From NCBI RefSeq assembly GCF_009914755.1, contig NC_060927.1: a stretch of DNA of 64,000 bases. One strand, written 5' to 3'. A program made the translations under genes and the position numbers. The notes beneath the pieces were generated by a model. That model worked only from the letters and a program-made list of their open reading frames with translations, made no database searches and was not told the origin of the DNA. Below, piece after piece: positions 45,928 to 59,759 of the stretch. The first letter of the stretch is position 1. The number at the start of each line of letters is the position of its first letter. The DNA comes from the human T2T-CHM13v2.0 reference genome, Homo sapiens.

Positions 45928-46367
45928 AATAGCAAAGACTTGGAACCAACCCAAATGCCCATCAGTGATAGACTGGATAAAGAAAATGTGGCACATATAC
46001 ACCATGGAATACTATACAGCCATAAAAATGGATGAGTTCATGTCCTTTGCAGGGACATGGATGAAGCTAGAAACCATCATTCTCATCAAACTAACACAGG
46101 AACAGAAAACCAAACACCGCATGTTCTCACTCATAAGTGGGATTTGAACAATAAGAACACATGGACACAGGGAGGGGAACATCACACACCAGAGCCTGTT
46201 GGGGGCAGTGGCTAGGAGAGAGATAGCATTAGGAGAAATATCTAATGTAAATGACGGGCTGATGGGTGCAGCAAACTACCATAGCACGTGTATACTTATG
46301 TAACAAACCTGCACGTTCTGCACATGTATCCCAGAACTTAAAGTATAACAAAAAAAAAAGTTCAAAA
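45928..46367 (+). mobile_element. 5'-truncated L1PA7-like 3' end
   Basis: ORF 45923-46147 is the ORF2 C-terminus; TSD aaagtactggtggaa (45914-45928) / aaagtattggtgaaa (46368-46382). Confidence 0.9.
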
Positions 46368-47194
46368 AAAGTATTGGTGAAATATTTATCAAGAAATGAA
46401 ATTTAGAAATGTTAAGTTAGTTTTGTGTATATTTTTCACTGGGAAGAACAAAATATTGCATGTACAAGCTATGAAACAAGAATTCTGTAATTTCACTGAT
46501 TCTACATGTGAGATCAATGCTCTTAATTAAACTGTCATTTCACAATATAGAGGTGAATGGTAAAATTTATGCTAACCATTCAAAATTATATTTTTTCTTT
46601 ACTTGGGATGACATTAAATAGAAAATAAATAGCAAATAGCAAATAAATACACAAGTCAAGAGAGAGATCATGGAAGAAAAGATAAAGCTTTGTATTGTAG
46701 TATCTTTAATAGACTTTTTTCCTACTTTTTGAACAAGGGTCTGCTATTTTATTTCACACTAGCTCCTGAAAGTTATGTAACCATACCTGGTTAGCAACGT
46801 GTCTTATGGGTACATAGAGTTGGGTTTGATGAATGCTTCTCAAAAGCTAAGTCCCAAGAGACTGTTCAGACTAGCTGAGGAAAGTATAGTTGAGAGAAGT
46901 AACGAAGAGATTCCAGGTAGAAGGAACAGGACCTATTAAGTCTTCTGGCTTAGAGAGAGCATGTTTCCTACAGAACACAAGATACCATTTGGCTTAGTTG
47001 GATCTTACATCAGGGCATTTGGAGTCAGGGGATGTGAAAGGAGATGAGTCTGAACAGTGTTGTCCTGTGAGTCCTGCACTATCTAATCTTCTGGCCACTG
47101 ACTTTCCTTTCACTCAAATGTTATAATCCAAGTTATTCTTTAAAGTAAAGATCAAATGTAATCTCCTCCTTGAAACTTCCAGGATCATTTTTTA

Positions 47195-48815
<1,621 letters not shown>

Positions 48816-49899
48816 AAAATCATCATCTGGAGATCCATTACACTATTTTGTCCATTTTTATATGTGTTTAAAATATTCCAGAATAAAAGGTTGAAAAGAA
48901 ACATTTTTGTCTTTTTGGTGCAATATAATCAGAATCATGGAAGTAGAAGTGGCCTCAAAATGACATTATATCAATTCCTTTCCCTCACTGGGAAGGTCCA
49001 CAAGTGATTTCAATGTTTGTGCATGTTATAACCTAGGCTATGTTGCTAGAGTTTTCAGAAGCATGCTGGGCTTGCACAAATTTAATTTGACCCCTAAAAT
49101 GAAATTCTTCTATTCTCCCCCACTCTCACTGCTCGTTGCATCAGGGCAATAACCAAATCTGTTCATCGCTGCTGGCAGTTAACATCTCGCTATAGATTCT
49201 AACTCCCATGAGAACAAACAGAGTGCAGAGAAAAGCAATGTAAATGTAAAACACATATTTGATTGCTCAATCAGCTGCTTTCTCCCTGGTAGCTGTGGCT
49301 GATTTGAAGTCAGGCAGGGGCTGAAATGACAATCAGACCTGATTTTCATCTGAGCTCCACTGTTAACTAGTAGACAACCTTGGGCAAGTCACTTCCCCTC
49401 TCTACAAGAGACTCGGTTCCTTTCTCGCAATAAAAGGGGCTTGGTCTTTAAACTGTAAGGTTTCTTAAAGGACCAAATATTTACAACTTGTCTTCTTCTG
49501 TTTTCTATATCCTCAAAGAATAATAAATTGCAGGCTGAGACTCATCAAGGATTTTACAATGTGGGCACCAGGCTGTGACTGGTAAGGATTGGGAGGAGAA
49601 TTTTTCTGAGTTGGATGAGTTTTATCTGGGTTATAATGTCAAGTTCACTGTATGTGAGGTTGGAATATGCATCTTGGTCAGGGATGATTTGTTGAAAAGG
49701 ATAGAATTCCATTTGTACTTCTCAAGTAAATGGGAAATTTTCTGGAAACTGCAGGGATGTCTTAGAACTAAAGTGGATGAAGCACAGCAGGTATCATAAG
49801 AGGCTGAAACCAGAGACCACAAAATCATGAGCAATGTCACTCACTTCAGCTTCCTCACTTTTGTGCTCTTGCATTTTCTCTCATCCATGTGATTGCTGT

Positions 49900-49907
49900 G
49901 CTCTCTT

Positions 49908-49942
<35 letters not shown>

Positions 49943-49959
49943 TACACACACACACACAC
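49900..49959. repeat. (CT)n(CA)n microsatellite
   Basis: Read directly. Confidence 0.9.
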
Positions 49960-50545
49960 AACCACTAACTCTGTCTTCACAAAGTCCTTACTCCTGTCTT
50001 TCTGCAAAGCAGCCTTCTAGCATCAGTAGCATATGGTAGGAAACGGCTCCACACATCTCCCTCTGCAACAGTGAGCCACACCTAGTTAGCCTCTCATTGG
50101 CAATTCCAGATTCCCTAGTACAAATTGATGCACTGGTAGGGGGTGGGGAGATGGGTCAAGAGGCACATAGATCTGCTCTCACCAGGGCCAGAGGCTTTTA
50201 GAAGTACAGCATGACATGATTGGTATAAAGACCTCCTTGGGTGGGGTTTGGGAATCTAGCTTAATGCCCAAGGAGCAAGTTTCTTTCCATAGTAAGAGCA
50301 GTGATCTTAATATCTTAAACCCCTAAAACCTTATAATTGAGGAGCTTAGGTTCAGCTAGTTGTGGCAGAGCTGGATCTGGAATTCTGGCTACTCAATCTC
50401 CAGCCCAGCATTCTCTTTTAGAATGAGTTGTCAGAGGTTTCTTCTCATGTCCAGGATGATGCCAATGTGGTAATAGTCTAGTGCCAGGAAGGTTGCTGGT
50501 TATGATGACACCAGACATTGAATCATTAAAAAAGGAATAGGCCTT

Positions 50546-51449
50546 TGTGATAGGCTGTGTTTAGGCTGCGTTTTCCAAAGACGGCCACACCATCCTTCAT
50601 CCCATGTGTAACCCACATATTTCTCCAATGAGTGGTGGGGTCTACGTCCCTTCCACTTAAAGCTTGGCAGAATTCTGTGGCTTCCTCAATCAATAGAGCA
50701 GAAGTGATGCTATGTGAATTTTGAGCCTAGATTAGCAAATTCCCTTCATATTCACCATGTTCTGTTGGTACACTTGCTCTTAGAACCTAGCCCAAACTAG
50801 GCCCAATGGAGAGGCCATATGTAGGTGTTTAAGCTCAGAGCTCAGCTGAGGTGTCAGCCAACAGCCAGGATCAACTGTTAAATATATGAGAGGAAAAAGC
50901 CTCCAGATGATTCTAGTCCCCAAGCCATTGAGAAACCCCCAGAGTTTGAATGTGAGGCCCCAGAAATCAAGGAGCCATCTCTGCTATTTCTTGTCTGGAT
51001 TCCTGACCCACATAATCTGTGAATATAATGAGGTAGTTATATATGTATACATGTGCCATGTTGGTGTGCTGAACCCAGTAACTCATCATTTAACATTAGG
51101 TATATCACCAAATGCTACCCCTCCCCCCTCCCCCCACCCCACAGGCACATTGTGCACATGTACCCTAAAACTTAAAGTATAATAAAAAAAAAAGATTTCA
51201 AAAATAAAAAAATATGTAACAACACATAAAAATTCTGATTAAAGGAAAGAACAAGTTTTACTCTGCACACTGCAGAGCTAATAAGTAAAAATATATACTC
51301 TCATAAGTAAAAACTGTCATATTCTATGTTTATAATGTGTGGAGAATTAAGAGTAAAAGTTGATGTAATTAATTTAAAAAAATGAGGTAGTTATATTGTG
51401 CCAGTGAGTTTTGGGGCTAGTTTGTTATACAACAATAATAACTAGAACC
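50546..51449 (+). mobile_element. MLT1F/G-like LTR hosting a small L1 insertion
   Basis: agcagaagtgatgctatgtga, ttcctgacccacataatctgtga [insert] ttttggggctagtttgttatacaacaata. Confidence 0.7.
51043..51380 (+). mobile_element. Very short twin-primed L1PA4/5-like insertion with putative 3' transduction
   Basis: Antisense L1 3'UTR 51043-51144, sense L1 end plus poly-A 51145-51193, non-L1 sequence 51194-51375, second A tail; perfect 16-bp TSD. Confidence 0.88.
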
Positions 51450-52071
51450 ACACTGGTAAATCATTTTAAATCATCTATCACCAAAACCTTTAGGTCTTAG
51501 AGACTATTTTTCTTGGGTATCTTTATCCTATCCATCATTTTAAGAAGAAAGCCTCCCATTGTATTACTACTGGTTGTTTGATTAAAACAGCAATAATAGC
51601 AACATATGCATTAAACTCAAAGTCCTGTATTTGTGAACACTTGTTTCATTACCCATTGCTGTAGCGAATTTATAGTCAGTGTCTGTCATTTTATAGTAAG
51701 GCAGAATACCCTCATGGCATATAGAAGCATCCTAAAGATTGTCTATTCCCTATATTTTATTCCATTCTTAGAATATTTTCTTTTCAGTTAATGCTGACTT
51801 TTCCCCTAGGTGTGGCAAAGCTGAGAGATTCCAGGTGTTTCCTTCTCTCAGTACTTGAGAGAAGCATCAATTCTGATTTTAGCAATTTCTGGAGGATGTT
51901 AGTGTCCAATCCCATTGGGCTGAGAAAGCTGGACTCCAGCAGCTTTCCTCCTCACTCAATGCCCAACCCCCACAGTGATAGGCATGGAACTTCCGGCTTT
52001 GGCATTCATTGGCATTCACTGGCATTTTCCTGTGGTCCTCAGCCATGCCTTCTTTTCATCTGTTTGCTCCC

Positions 52072-52401
52072 TGATATGGTCTGAATGTGCCTCCCAACAT
52101 TCATGTGTTGGAAATTTAATCCCCAATGCAGTGTTGGGAGGTGGGGCCTTTGGGAAAGTATTTAGGTCATAAGGGTTCCACCTTCATAAATTAATTAATG
52201 CCACTATTAAAGGATTGTGGGAGTGAATTTGCTTTCACTTGCCCTTCTGCCTTCCCCATATGCAGCAAGAAGGCCCACACCAGATGCCAGAGATTGATCT
52301 TGAACTTCCCAGGCTCCAGAATGGTGAGAAATAAATTTCTCATCTTTATAAATTACCTAGTCTATGGTATTCTGTTATAGCAGCACTAATAGACTGAGAC
52401 A
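52072..52401 (+). mobile_element. MSTC/D-like MaLR LTR
   Basis: tgatatggtctgaatgtgcctccc...ttataaattacctagtct...gactgagaca. Confidence 0.85.
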
Positions 52402-53422
52402 CTCTACATCACTTCAGTCATGTTCTAATAATTACACATCGACAGAGCCCTAGTGTGTTTGCAGAATAATGCATGATCATGTCTCCAACATGAATATTTG
52501 TCATGTGTTGGGCGCTGTGCTGAGTAGTTGGGATACAAAGATAAAGGAGATGTAGGGCAGGTCTGTAAGAGGCTCACAGTCATCACAGAGCTTGCATCTC
52601 CTCCTCCATCAGCTGCCTGCAGGGTCTGCTGCTGTCCCTATTCGGTTTCCCACCCTCCAATCACTGATTTTCAAGGATAAACAAAAGCAAAGCTTCCACT
52701 AACTGTGAGACTTGGGAGCATTTCTTAATATTACTGAGTCTCCATTTCTTCTTGTGTAAAATGGGAAGGATACTGCCTGGTACATAGGTTGTGGGAAAAA
52801 TAAAATACAACGTAAGATTCAGAGTTCAAAACTTAGCATATAAGAGGAATTCAGCAAATGCTACTATTCTTTCTTGCTCTGACTCCATGCTACTATCCCA
52901 AATTACTCTGTTTTATACTTTAAAACCGCTTTTATGCCCCATTCCTCTGGCTGCCTGCCCATTCAATTATTCTGGGGGAATTTCTGTGAAAAAGAAAAGT
53001 GGCAGGGTAAATCATAAAGACTATAAATTTCAAGTTCAATATGTGCCATCCTGATAGTATTTTAAGAGTCATCCAACCTCACCCCCTCATTTTACAGAGG
53101 TAACTTCATCTCCTGGGTTTTTTTTTTCCTTTCATTTATTTATCTAAACCATCCTCCTCATACACACTGTAAACCCAGCCTCTGTGTCTCCATTTTGGTC
53201 AGATGGAAAATCCCTCCTTGAATTCTCTCCAAATTCTAAGTCCTTTTCCAAAGGAGTGGTTTATTAACTGGAACATACAGGTACATGGTGTGTGAAGGGA
53301 GGATGGCAGAAGGTGCCACAATTATAAATATGGGAAGGAAAGAGGTGTAGTGTGAAAAACTTAATATTTTAATAAAAGACCATATTTTAAAGTTTAAGGT
53401 CATCTCTCAAAAAAAAAAAAAC

Positions 53423-53927
53423 CTGTGATCATTCATTTTCAAAAATGGCCACAATTCTTCATGTATCCACATGTTTTGCAATATAACTTTGCAGCTTCTC
53501 CCACCAAGAGGTGATGTTTATTTTCTCACCCCTTGGATTTTAATTGGTTTTGATGTTCTTCTGGTTTCAAGTCTAGGTCTCAAGGGATTTGCACACTTCT
53601 CATTCTCTTAGAAACTGTCACTGCCATATGAACAAACCTGGTCTTACCTACTGAAGGACAAGAGACCACATAGAGCAGAGCTCAGTTGTTTTAAATGAAG
53701 CCGCCCTAGATTGGCCCACAACTAGCTAATACCCAAATATGTGATCAAACCCAGCCATGATCACCTAAGTGGCCACCCAACCCACAGCTGAGCATAGCTG
53801 CATAAGCGAGTCCAGCTGAGACCAGAAGAAACACCCAGCCAACTCATAGACATGTGAGCAAAAATTCATGCTTATTGCTTGCAGCCACTATCTTTGAGTG
53901 GTTTTGCTACAATAGCTAACTGATACA
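53423..53927 (+). mobile_element. MLT1H-like LTR
   Basis: aaaaatggccacaattctt...gcttattgcttgcagccact...aatagctaactgataca. Confidence 0.7.
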
Positions 53928-55593
53928 AAGCTTATAGAAAAATAAAACTGAAAAAAATCTTCTTAGTGGTGGTTCTCAAAGCAGCAGGTGAGTTACAAAT
54001 GTCCAAATTTCTGGGGTTTAGGAAGAATGAGGTTTTGATATTCTTCATTTTCTTTCAAAAGGAATATCAACTTTAAAAGGCTGAGAAACACTTCTTTTGA
54101 GTTATAAAGCCTCGCACAGCCTGAACGCTGTGCAAAAAGCCTGATTAAAATTGAGTGTATTCACCTTTAAACTGACATCTGACATTGGAAATAGTTAGAA
54201 AATGAAGCTAGGACTAGGGGAAGAAACAGAAAGATTAGGGTAAGCATTTATTTGCATTGCCTTTTCACCCTTCCCCTGCTTCTGGGAATGCTGCTTTGGA
54301 TCATGTAGTTTAAATAGGAGTTGCCAGTTTTCTACCTTGCCTCCTTGGCAGTAATGATTGATCTAGAAATTGGCATACAACCCTGGCAGACTCACAGAAT
54401 CGTTTCTTGAGATTTTAAACACTAGAACCAAGCAGAAAGGTAAGGCAATTTTTCTCCTCTGTTGGCAGAAGCAGAGAGAAGTAAGTGTAGTGCAGTTATT
54501 ACTTCTGGCACTCTCAAAGAAGCCCATCACACGAAGAGAAGCAGAGACAAGAGGCAGCAGCCATCTTGGGGGCATCTGAGTTTCTGGTTTCAAATCATTT
54601 CTGGCCTTCCCATGGTTTAATGACATGAGCAATAAATTTGCCTTTTCTCCTAAGCAAGTTCAACTTGCTCTCAAACACTTGCAACCAAGGAGAGTCTGTA
54701 GATGAAATCAATAACAGAGAACATCTTGCAAAGCTTGCTTTCTCAGTGCAGCTTTGAGGGAAAAAAATGAACTGGAGAAAGATAAGTTACATGTGGCAGA
54801 CATGGAGAAGCACTAGTCAGATCTTTCAAGAAAGCACTCGCTGCCCAGGTGGAAAGAATGTAGTTGTCTAACAGCCTCCAGCTGTGAGCAACCTCATGGT
54901 CTGCCTCCACTTTCAGAGGCACACTATTTTAAGGGCAGCCACCAACCAATGACTAAGCAAGGCACCTCATAAAAGAACTAGGCATTTCCACCCAATGCAG
55001 GATGCCTATAGTGGGCAATTTTCCCTCCAAATTCTCCCATTTGGCTGGCAGATGCTTTGCCAGTTTGGCAACACACTCTAGACTCTCCTCCATACACAAT
55101 CCCATTCGTTCCTTTTTTTTTTTTCAAAGATGTTATTCCTCAATAAAGCTTTTTTATTTCTCAGTGTCCATTTTGGGAAGCCCTAAATTTAGTGTTTAAT
55201 GGCCTTTCCCCAGCAAATTTAAAATAATTCAACCAAAACCATAAACATTTTCATAGCCATCTTGTCTAGAATAGGCGGAAAGTAAGGATCCTGTCTAGGA
55301 GCCATGAGCAGGTAGACATGACAAATATCTCCCTCTTTCCCCTTTAGCCCACATATCTTCCCATCATTACATGGGCCACATGGCAATGGTGTAGGCAAAT
55401 CAAAACCACAGATTAGGAAAGCTGTCCTGGTCCATCTGATATACCTGTGGTGTCTGTGGACTTGCCTCCAACTATCTGCCCTCCTCTCCTACCATAGCCC
55501 CTTCATTTGCCTCACCTCCTGCATCATCTGTGGAGCAGGATATTAATTAGTGAAACATCAGTTTGAATGCTGCAGACCTTGTACACTTCTCAG

Positions 55594-55597
<4 letters not shown>

Positions 55598-55628
<31 letters not shown>
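55598..55628. repeat. Pure T31 homopolymer
   Basis: Read directly. Confidence 0.95.
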
Positions 55629-55630
<2 letters not shown>

Positions 55631-55999
55631 ATGCTTTCCATTATATCTAACCTTGAAGCTTCCAAAGATGTGATAGGTAGCTGGAAATGATTCTGAGCCC
55701 GATTCTTCATTTTGTTTTCTACGGGTATACTTGAAAAAAATTAGAATGGGAAGAAATTCCAGCTTGTTCACACCTTGACTTAGGTAGTTACTGGCAGGAT
55801 GACTTACCTTCAGTCCAATAGAATTCCTAGCAGAGCTTAATATTTCTCCAACCTGATTAGCATAGAGCACATTAACCTAATATGCAAGAATCAAATATTT
55901 TAAGCTCCACTTGTTTATTCGAAGTTTCACAGATACCATTTCTTTAACTTTACTCAAATTCAAAGATATAATTGCTGTTTTTTTTTAATATACAATCAC

Positions 56000-56410
56000 T
56001 GTGTAAATAGTCTCCAAAGATGAACACCAACCATTTCTGAGTCTTTTTGCCCTCCCCTCCAACCTGGGATGGCCCTGGGAGTGCTTTGACCCAATACCAT
56101 ATGGGGAAAATGATATCTGGGATTACTTCAGAGGTCAGGCCTTAAGAGTACTGGCAGCTCCTGCTTCCTCTCCAGGAACCCAGCTGCTCTTCTGTCAAGC
56201 CACATGGAGGAGACAGCAGCACCATTGGCAGCCATGTGAACAAGCCAGCTCAGTGATTCCAGCCCAATTGAGTCCCCCAGATAGCTGCAACCCCTGCCAA
56301 TACCACAAGGAGCAGAACTTCCCAGCTGAGTCTAATAACGCTATGAACTCAAGAGAGATAATATAATGGTTGTTTGAGGATGGTTTGTTACATGGCAATA
56401 GATAAGCAAT
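56000..56410 (+). mobile_element. MLT1G/H-like LTR
   Basis: ggccttaagagtactggcagctcctgcttcc, tggtttgttacatggcaatagataa. Confidence 0.65.
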
Positions 56411-56919
56411 AATTTTCAGATATTCCTACTCAAGAAGTAATATAAAGGTATGGAAAATGGACTCTCTTACACACTGCTGGAGGAAGTATAAGTTCATACA
56501 ATTAATTTGAAGGGCAATTTGGCAGTATTTTCTAGCATTTGAAATCTAAATGTCCTATAACTCAGCAATTCCACTTTTCAGTATCTATTCCAAAAAATCA
56601 CCCACACATGTGCCAAGGAGCAGGTACAAATATACTTATTTCAGTCTATTTGAGAAAGATAGAGAGGCAGAGAATATTTACCAATGTAGAAATGGCTTAT
56701 ATGTCTAACATGGAATATTTTGTATCTGCTGAAAGAATTAGGTAGATCTACATGAACCAAATAACACATATCTCCAGTACATTATTGAACAAAAATAATA
56801 CATTACAATACTATATATAGTAAAAAAGCATTTGTGGCAAAAATACACATGGCAATACCATATATTTGCAATTGCCTATGTATCTAAGTGCATAGAAAGT
56901 CTGATGGAATTAATTATAT

Positions 56920-57492
56920 ATTTAGGATAGGATAGTCTATGCTGTGATAATAAGCAACTCTAAGGTTTCAACAGCTTAACATGATACAAGGTTTTGCTTT
57001 TTTATCCTCACAAAACTTGTGATATGGGTTGGGTGACTTACTGTACTCTCATTTTTGAGACATTTACATAATTTCCATTATTTGTCACCATTAGACAATA
57101 CTGTACTGCACATACACATGAGAAGCTAAACATCTCTTTACACATGTATCACTTTAAAGTTTTCAAACACTTTTCACATTTATTTCAGTTTATGCTACAT
57201 GAAAATCCCATGTGCTAAACAAGCCAGTATATGACAGGATTACTCAACAACTGAAATAAGATATCTCCAATGTGGTTCTCCTCCAAATGGTTACTTAGAG
57301 GTCTGGGTTGCTACCATCATGCATGTATTTACACAATCTGGTATGTGTGGCCTTCAGGGTCTCTGCACCAGACGGAGGGAGGGATGGAAGGGGGACATTG
57401 GCTCTTAAATGCCACAGCCTAGAACTAGCAACATGTCATTGTTGCTCACAGTCCCTTGACTAGTACAAGTCATATGGCCCAAAACTTACTAC
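56920..57492 (-). mobile_element. MLT1J/K/L-like LTR interrupted by a templated insertion
   Basis: Antisense start tatgctgtgataataagcaactc...gcttaaca; resumes near 57265 and runs to tagtacaagtcatatggccc. Confidence 0.6.
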
Positions 57493-57688
57493 AGTCTCAT
57501 TTTTGAGACATTTACATAATTTCTACTATTTGTCACCATTACAGACAATACTGTAGTGCATGTACACACAAGAAGCTAAACATCTCCTTACACATGTGTA
57601 TCACTTTGAAGTTTTCAAACACTTTTCACATTTATTATTTCAGCTTAAGCTACATAAAAATCCCATGTGCTAAACAAGCTAGGTATGA
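57036..57688 (+). repeat. Dispersed ~200-bp direct duplication (57036-57234 and 57484-57688)
   Basis: Both copies read tctcatttttgagacatttacataattt...aaatcccatgtgctaaacaagc with scattered differences. Confidence 0.95.
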
Positions 57689-58103
57689 TTCTCCTTCATT
57701 TTACACAGAGTGAAATTGAGGCCCAAAGAATCTTGACTAAGGTTTCATGGCTATAAAAGAGCAGAGACTTAAAATGAACTCTGTGATGCCCTGAGTCCAG
57801 TTCTCTTTTCCTTAGGGATATGCCAACAGATTTCTGCCTTATATGATATCATTTAAGATGCCCTCAGTATGTGTGAATTAAAGGAACTTAGCCAGAGAAT
57901 AGATAAGGATTTTAAGGACAAGAAAGAAATTGCTGTTCCAGGAATCTGGGTCAGAGTGATTCTGAAAAATGTTTGTTTTCATGTCTGTCTCCCTAACTAG
58001 AGTATGATTTTCTAAACGAGATTAGGCCACATTTGCCTCTATAATCCCATTGTCTGGCACAGGGCCTGACCCATGTTGAGCACTAGATAAATATTCATTG
58101 AAA

Positions 58104-58105
58104 GG

Positions 58106-58141
<36 letters not shown>

Positions 58142-58169
58142 ATGGATGGATGGATGGATGGATAGATGG
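58104..58169. repeat. (GGAT)n tetranucleotide STR at an L2 3' tail
   Basis: Read directly; preceded by the L2 end gcactagataaatattcattgaa. Confidence 0.93.
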
Positions 58170-58231
58170 GTATGCTTTCTATATTCTCTATCATAAAGTC
58201 ATAGCATTTAAGACCATGAATAAATCTAGAA

Positions 58232-58392
58232 CCATGCTACTCAAATGTGGTCCTTGAAGCAGAAGTATCAACATCACTGGGAACTTGTTAGAAATGAAGA
58301 ATCTCAGACCCCACTCCAGACCTACTAAATCAGAATCTTCATTTTAACAAAATCTGAAGATGAATCATAAGCATTTTAAAGTTTGAGTAAAC
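58232..58392. mobile_element. MER5A-type MITE
   Basis: ctactcaaatgtggtcc...cttgttagaaatg...cagacctactaaatcagaatc...aaagtttgag. Confidence 0.8.
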
Positions 58393-59759
58393 TCACATGC
58401 ACCGGTCTTGAATTAACTCCTCTTATTGTATATATAGGAAAGTTCTGTAGGTCACTGACAATCTCCAAGATGCCTCAAGCATTGGATGGAAGTCAAGCTG
58501 GAAGCAGTTTCACCCCTCTGCCCTCATTAATCTCATGCTTCCTTACATCATAGCCTGTTTTCAACATAGAAGAAATGTACAATAAGTGGAGTTTGCTTAA
58601 GTTCAATACATTCAGTGTCTGTGCAGGGCGGGTCAGGGAGGTAGTCTTTAATGATAAAATTAACACATCATACTTGTAACACAGGAGAGTTAGTGGCATA
58701 CAGGAAGTAGCACCTCAGTGTTACAGGTGAATCTTCCTTTTCTCACCTGTGATAGAATTCCTTTTGATCCTCTGAGACATCCTTACCAAGGATGGTCATG
58801 GTTCTCATCTTTACCACCATTGCGTTCAGGGCAGAGCATGCTAAGAATAATTCAGGAGTATACAGGAGGAAAAAAAACACTAATACTGACTCAGACATTT
58901 TCACAAAGATGACCTCCATTAATCCTTATACTACCCAATAAAGCAGGTATTACATGCATTTCACAGAAAGAGGAAACTAAGCTCAAACAAGGTGAGCAAC
59001 TTGTCTTAGTCAGTCTGTAAATGCAGAGTCTTCTGTCACAAAGTCTAAGATGATCTGATATCAATCCTCCTAGACTGACTCAGGTGAAGAATATTCAGTG
59101 TAAATAATAATATCCATTTCCCCAGTTTAGGATGATGCAATGAGGGCAGAGGTCCACTGGATCCCTTTGAAAAAGCTGGCAGAACTGCTCAATTATTAGT
59201 CTTCTGGCCACACTCCAGCCACACTCAGGCACAGGGCCCTGAAAGATTGCTCTAAACTCTTCCAACTGCAGATAGCTCTTCCTCTGCTGTAGAGATATGG
59301 CTGCTCTCCATAACATCAACTCAGATGATTATACATAACAAGCATCACGACTTGCCCAGCATTATCAGCACAGGTGGGCAAGTTGCCAGGAAGCCAGGAG
59401 CCTCTAAACTGCATCTAGATCTGGAAAAATTTTGCAAACTTTGGATCCCCCAAATTTCTGTTCCTTGATACACAAAGCTGGAAGATGATTTCAAGTGAGA
59501 ACACATGGAAATCAAGGAACTTTATGCCTCCAAGTAGAAGTGTCTCATGACTTGATAAGAAACATGATTTGAAAATCAACCACTGTTCAAATCAGAGGCT
59601 AAAAGTAATAGATTTTTCAACATTTTCTAAAATCAGGGAACTGAGGACCAAAGAGGTAAAAGGTCCCAACCAAGGCTATGTGGCTGGCAAGACGGCAGGA
59701 AAGAATTGGAACCTTGGTCCAGTTCATACTTTTCCCATTTTGTGAGATGATCTTTACCA

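Larger units (their letters stand above)
45215..46789 (+). mobile_element. Zaphod/MER91-family hAT-Tip100 DNA transposon
   Basis: MER91-like termini cagggctggtgtc...cctgtgcagtc and tttgaacaaggg...ttatgtaaccatacctg; 8-bp TSD gttagcac (45207-45214) / gttagcaa (46790-46797). Confidence 0.8.
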
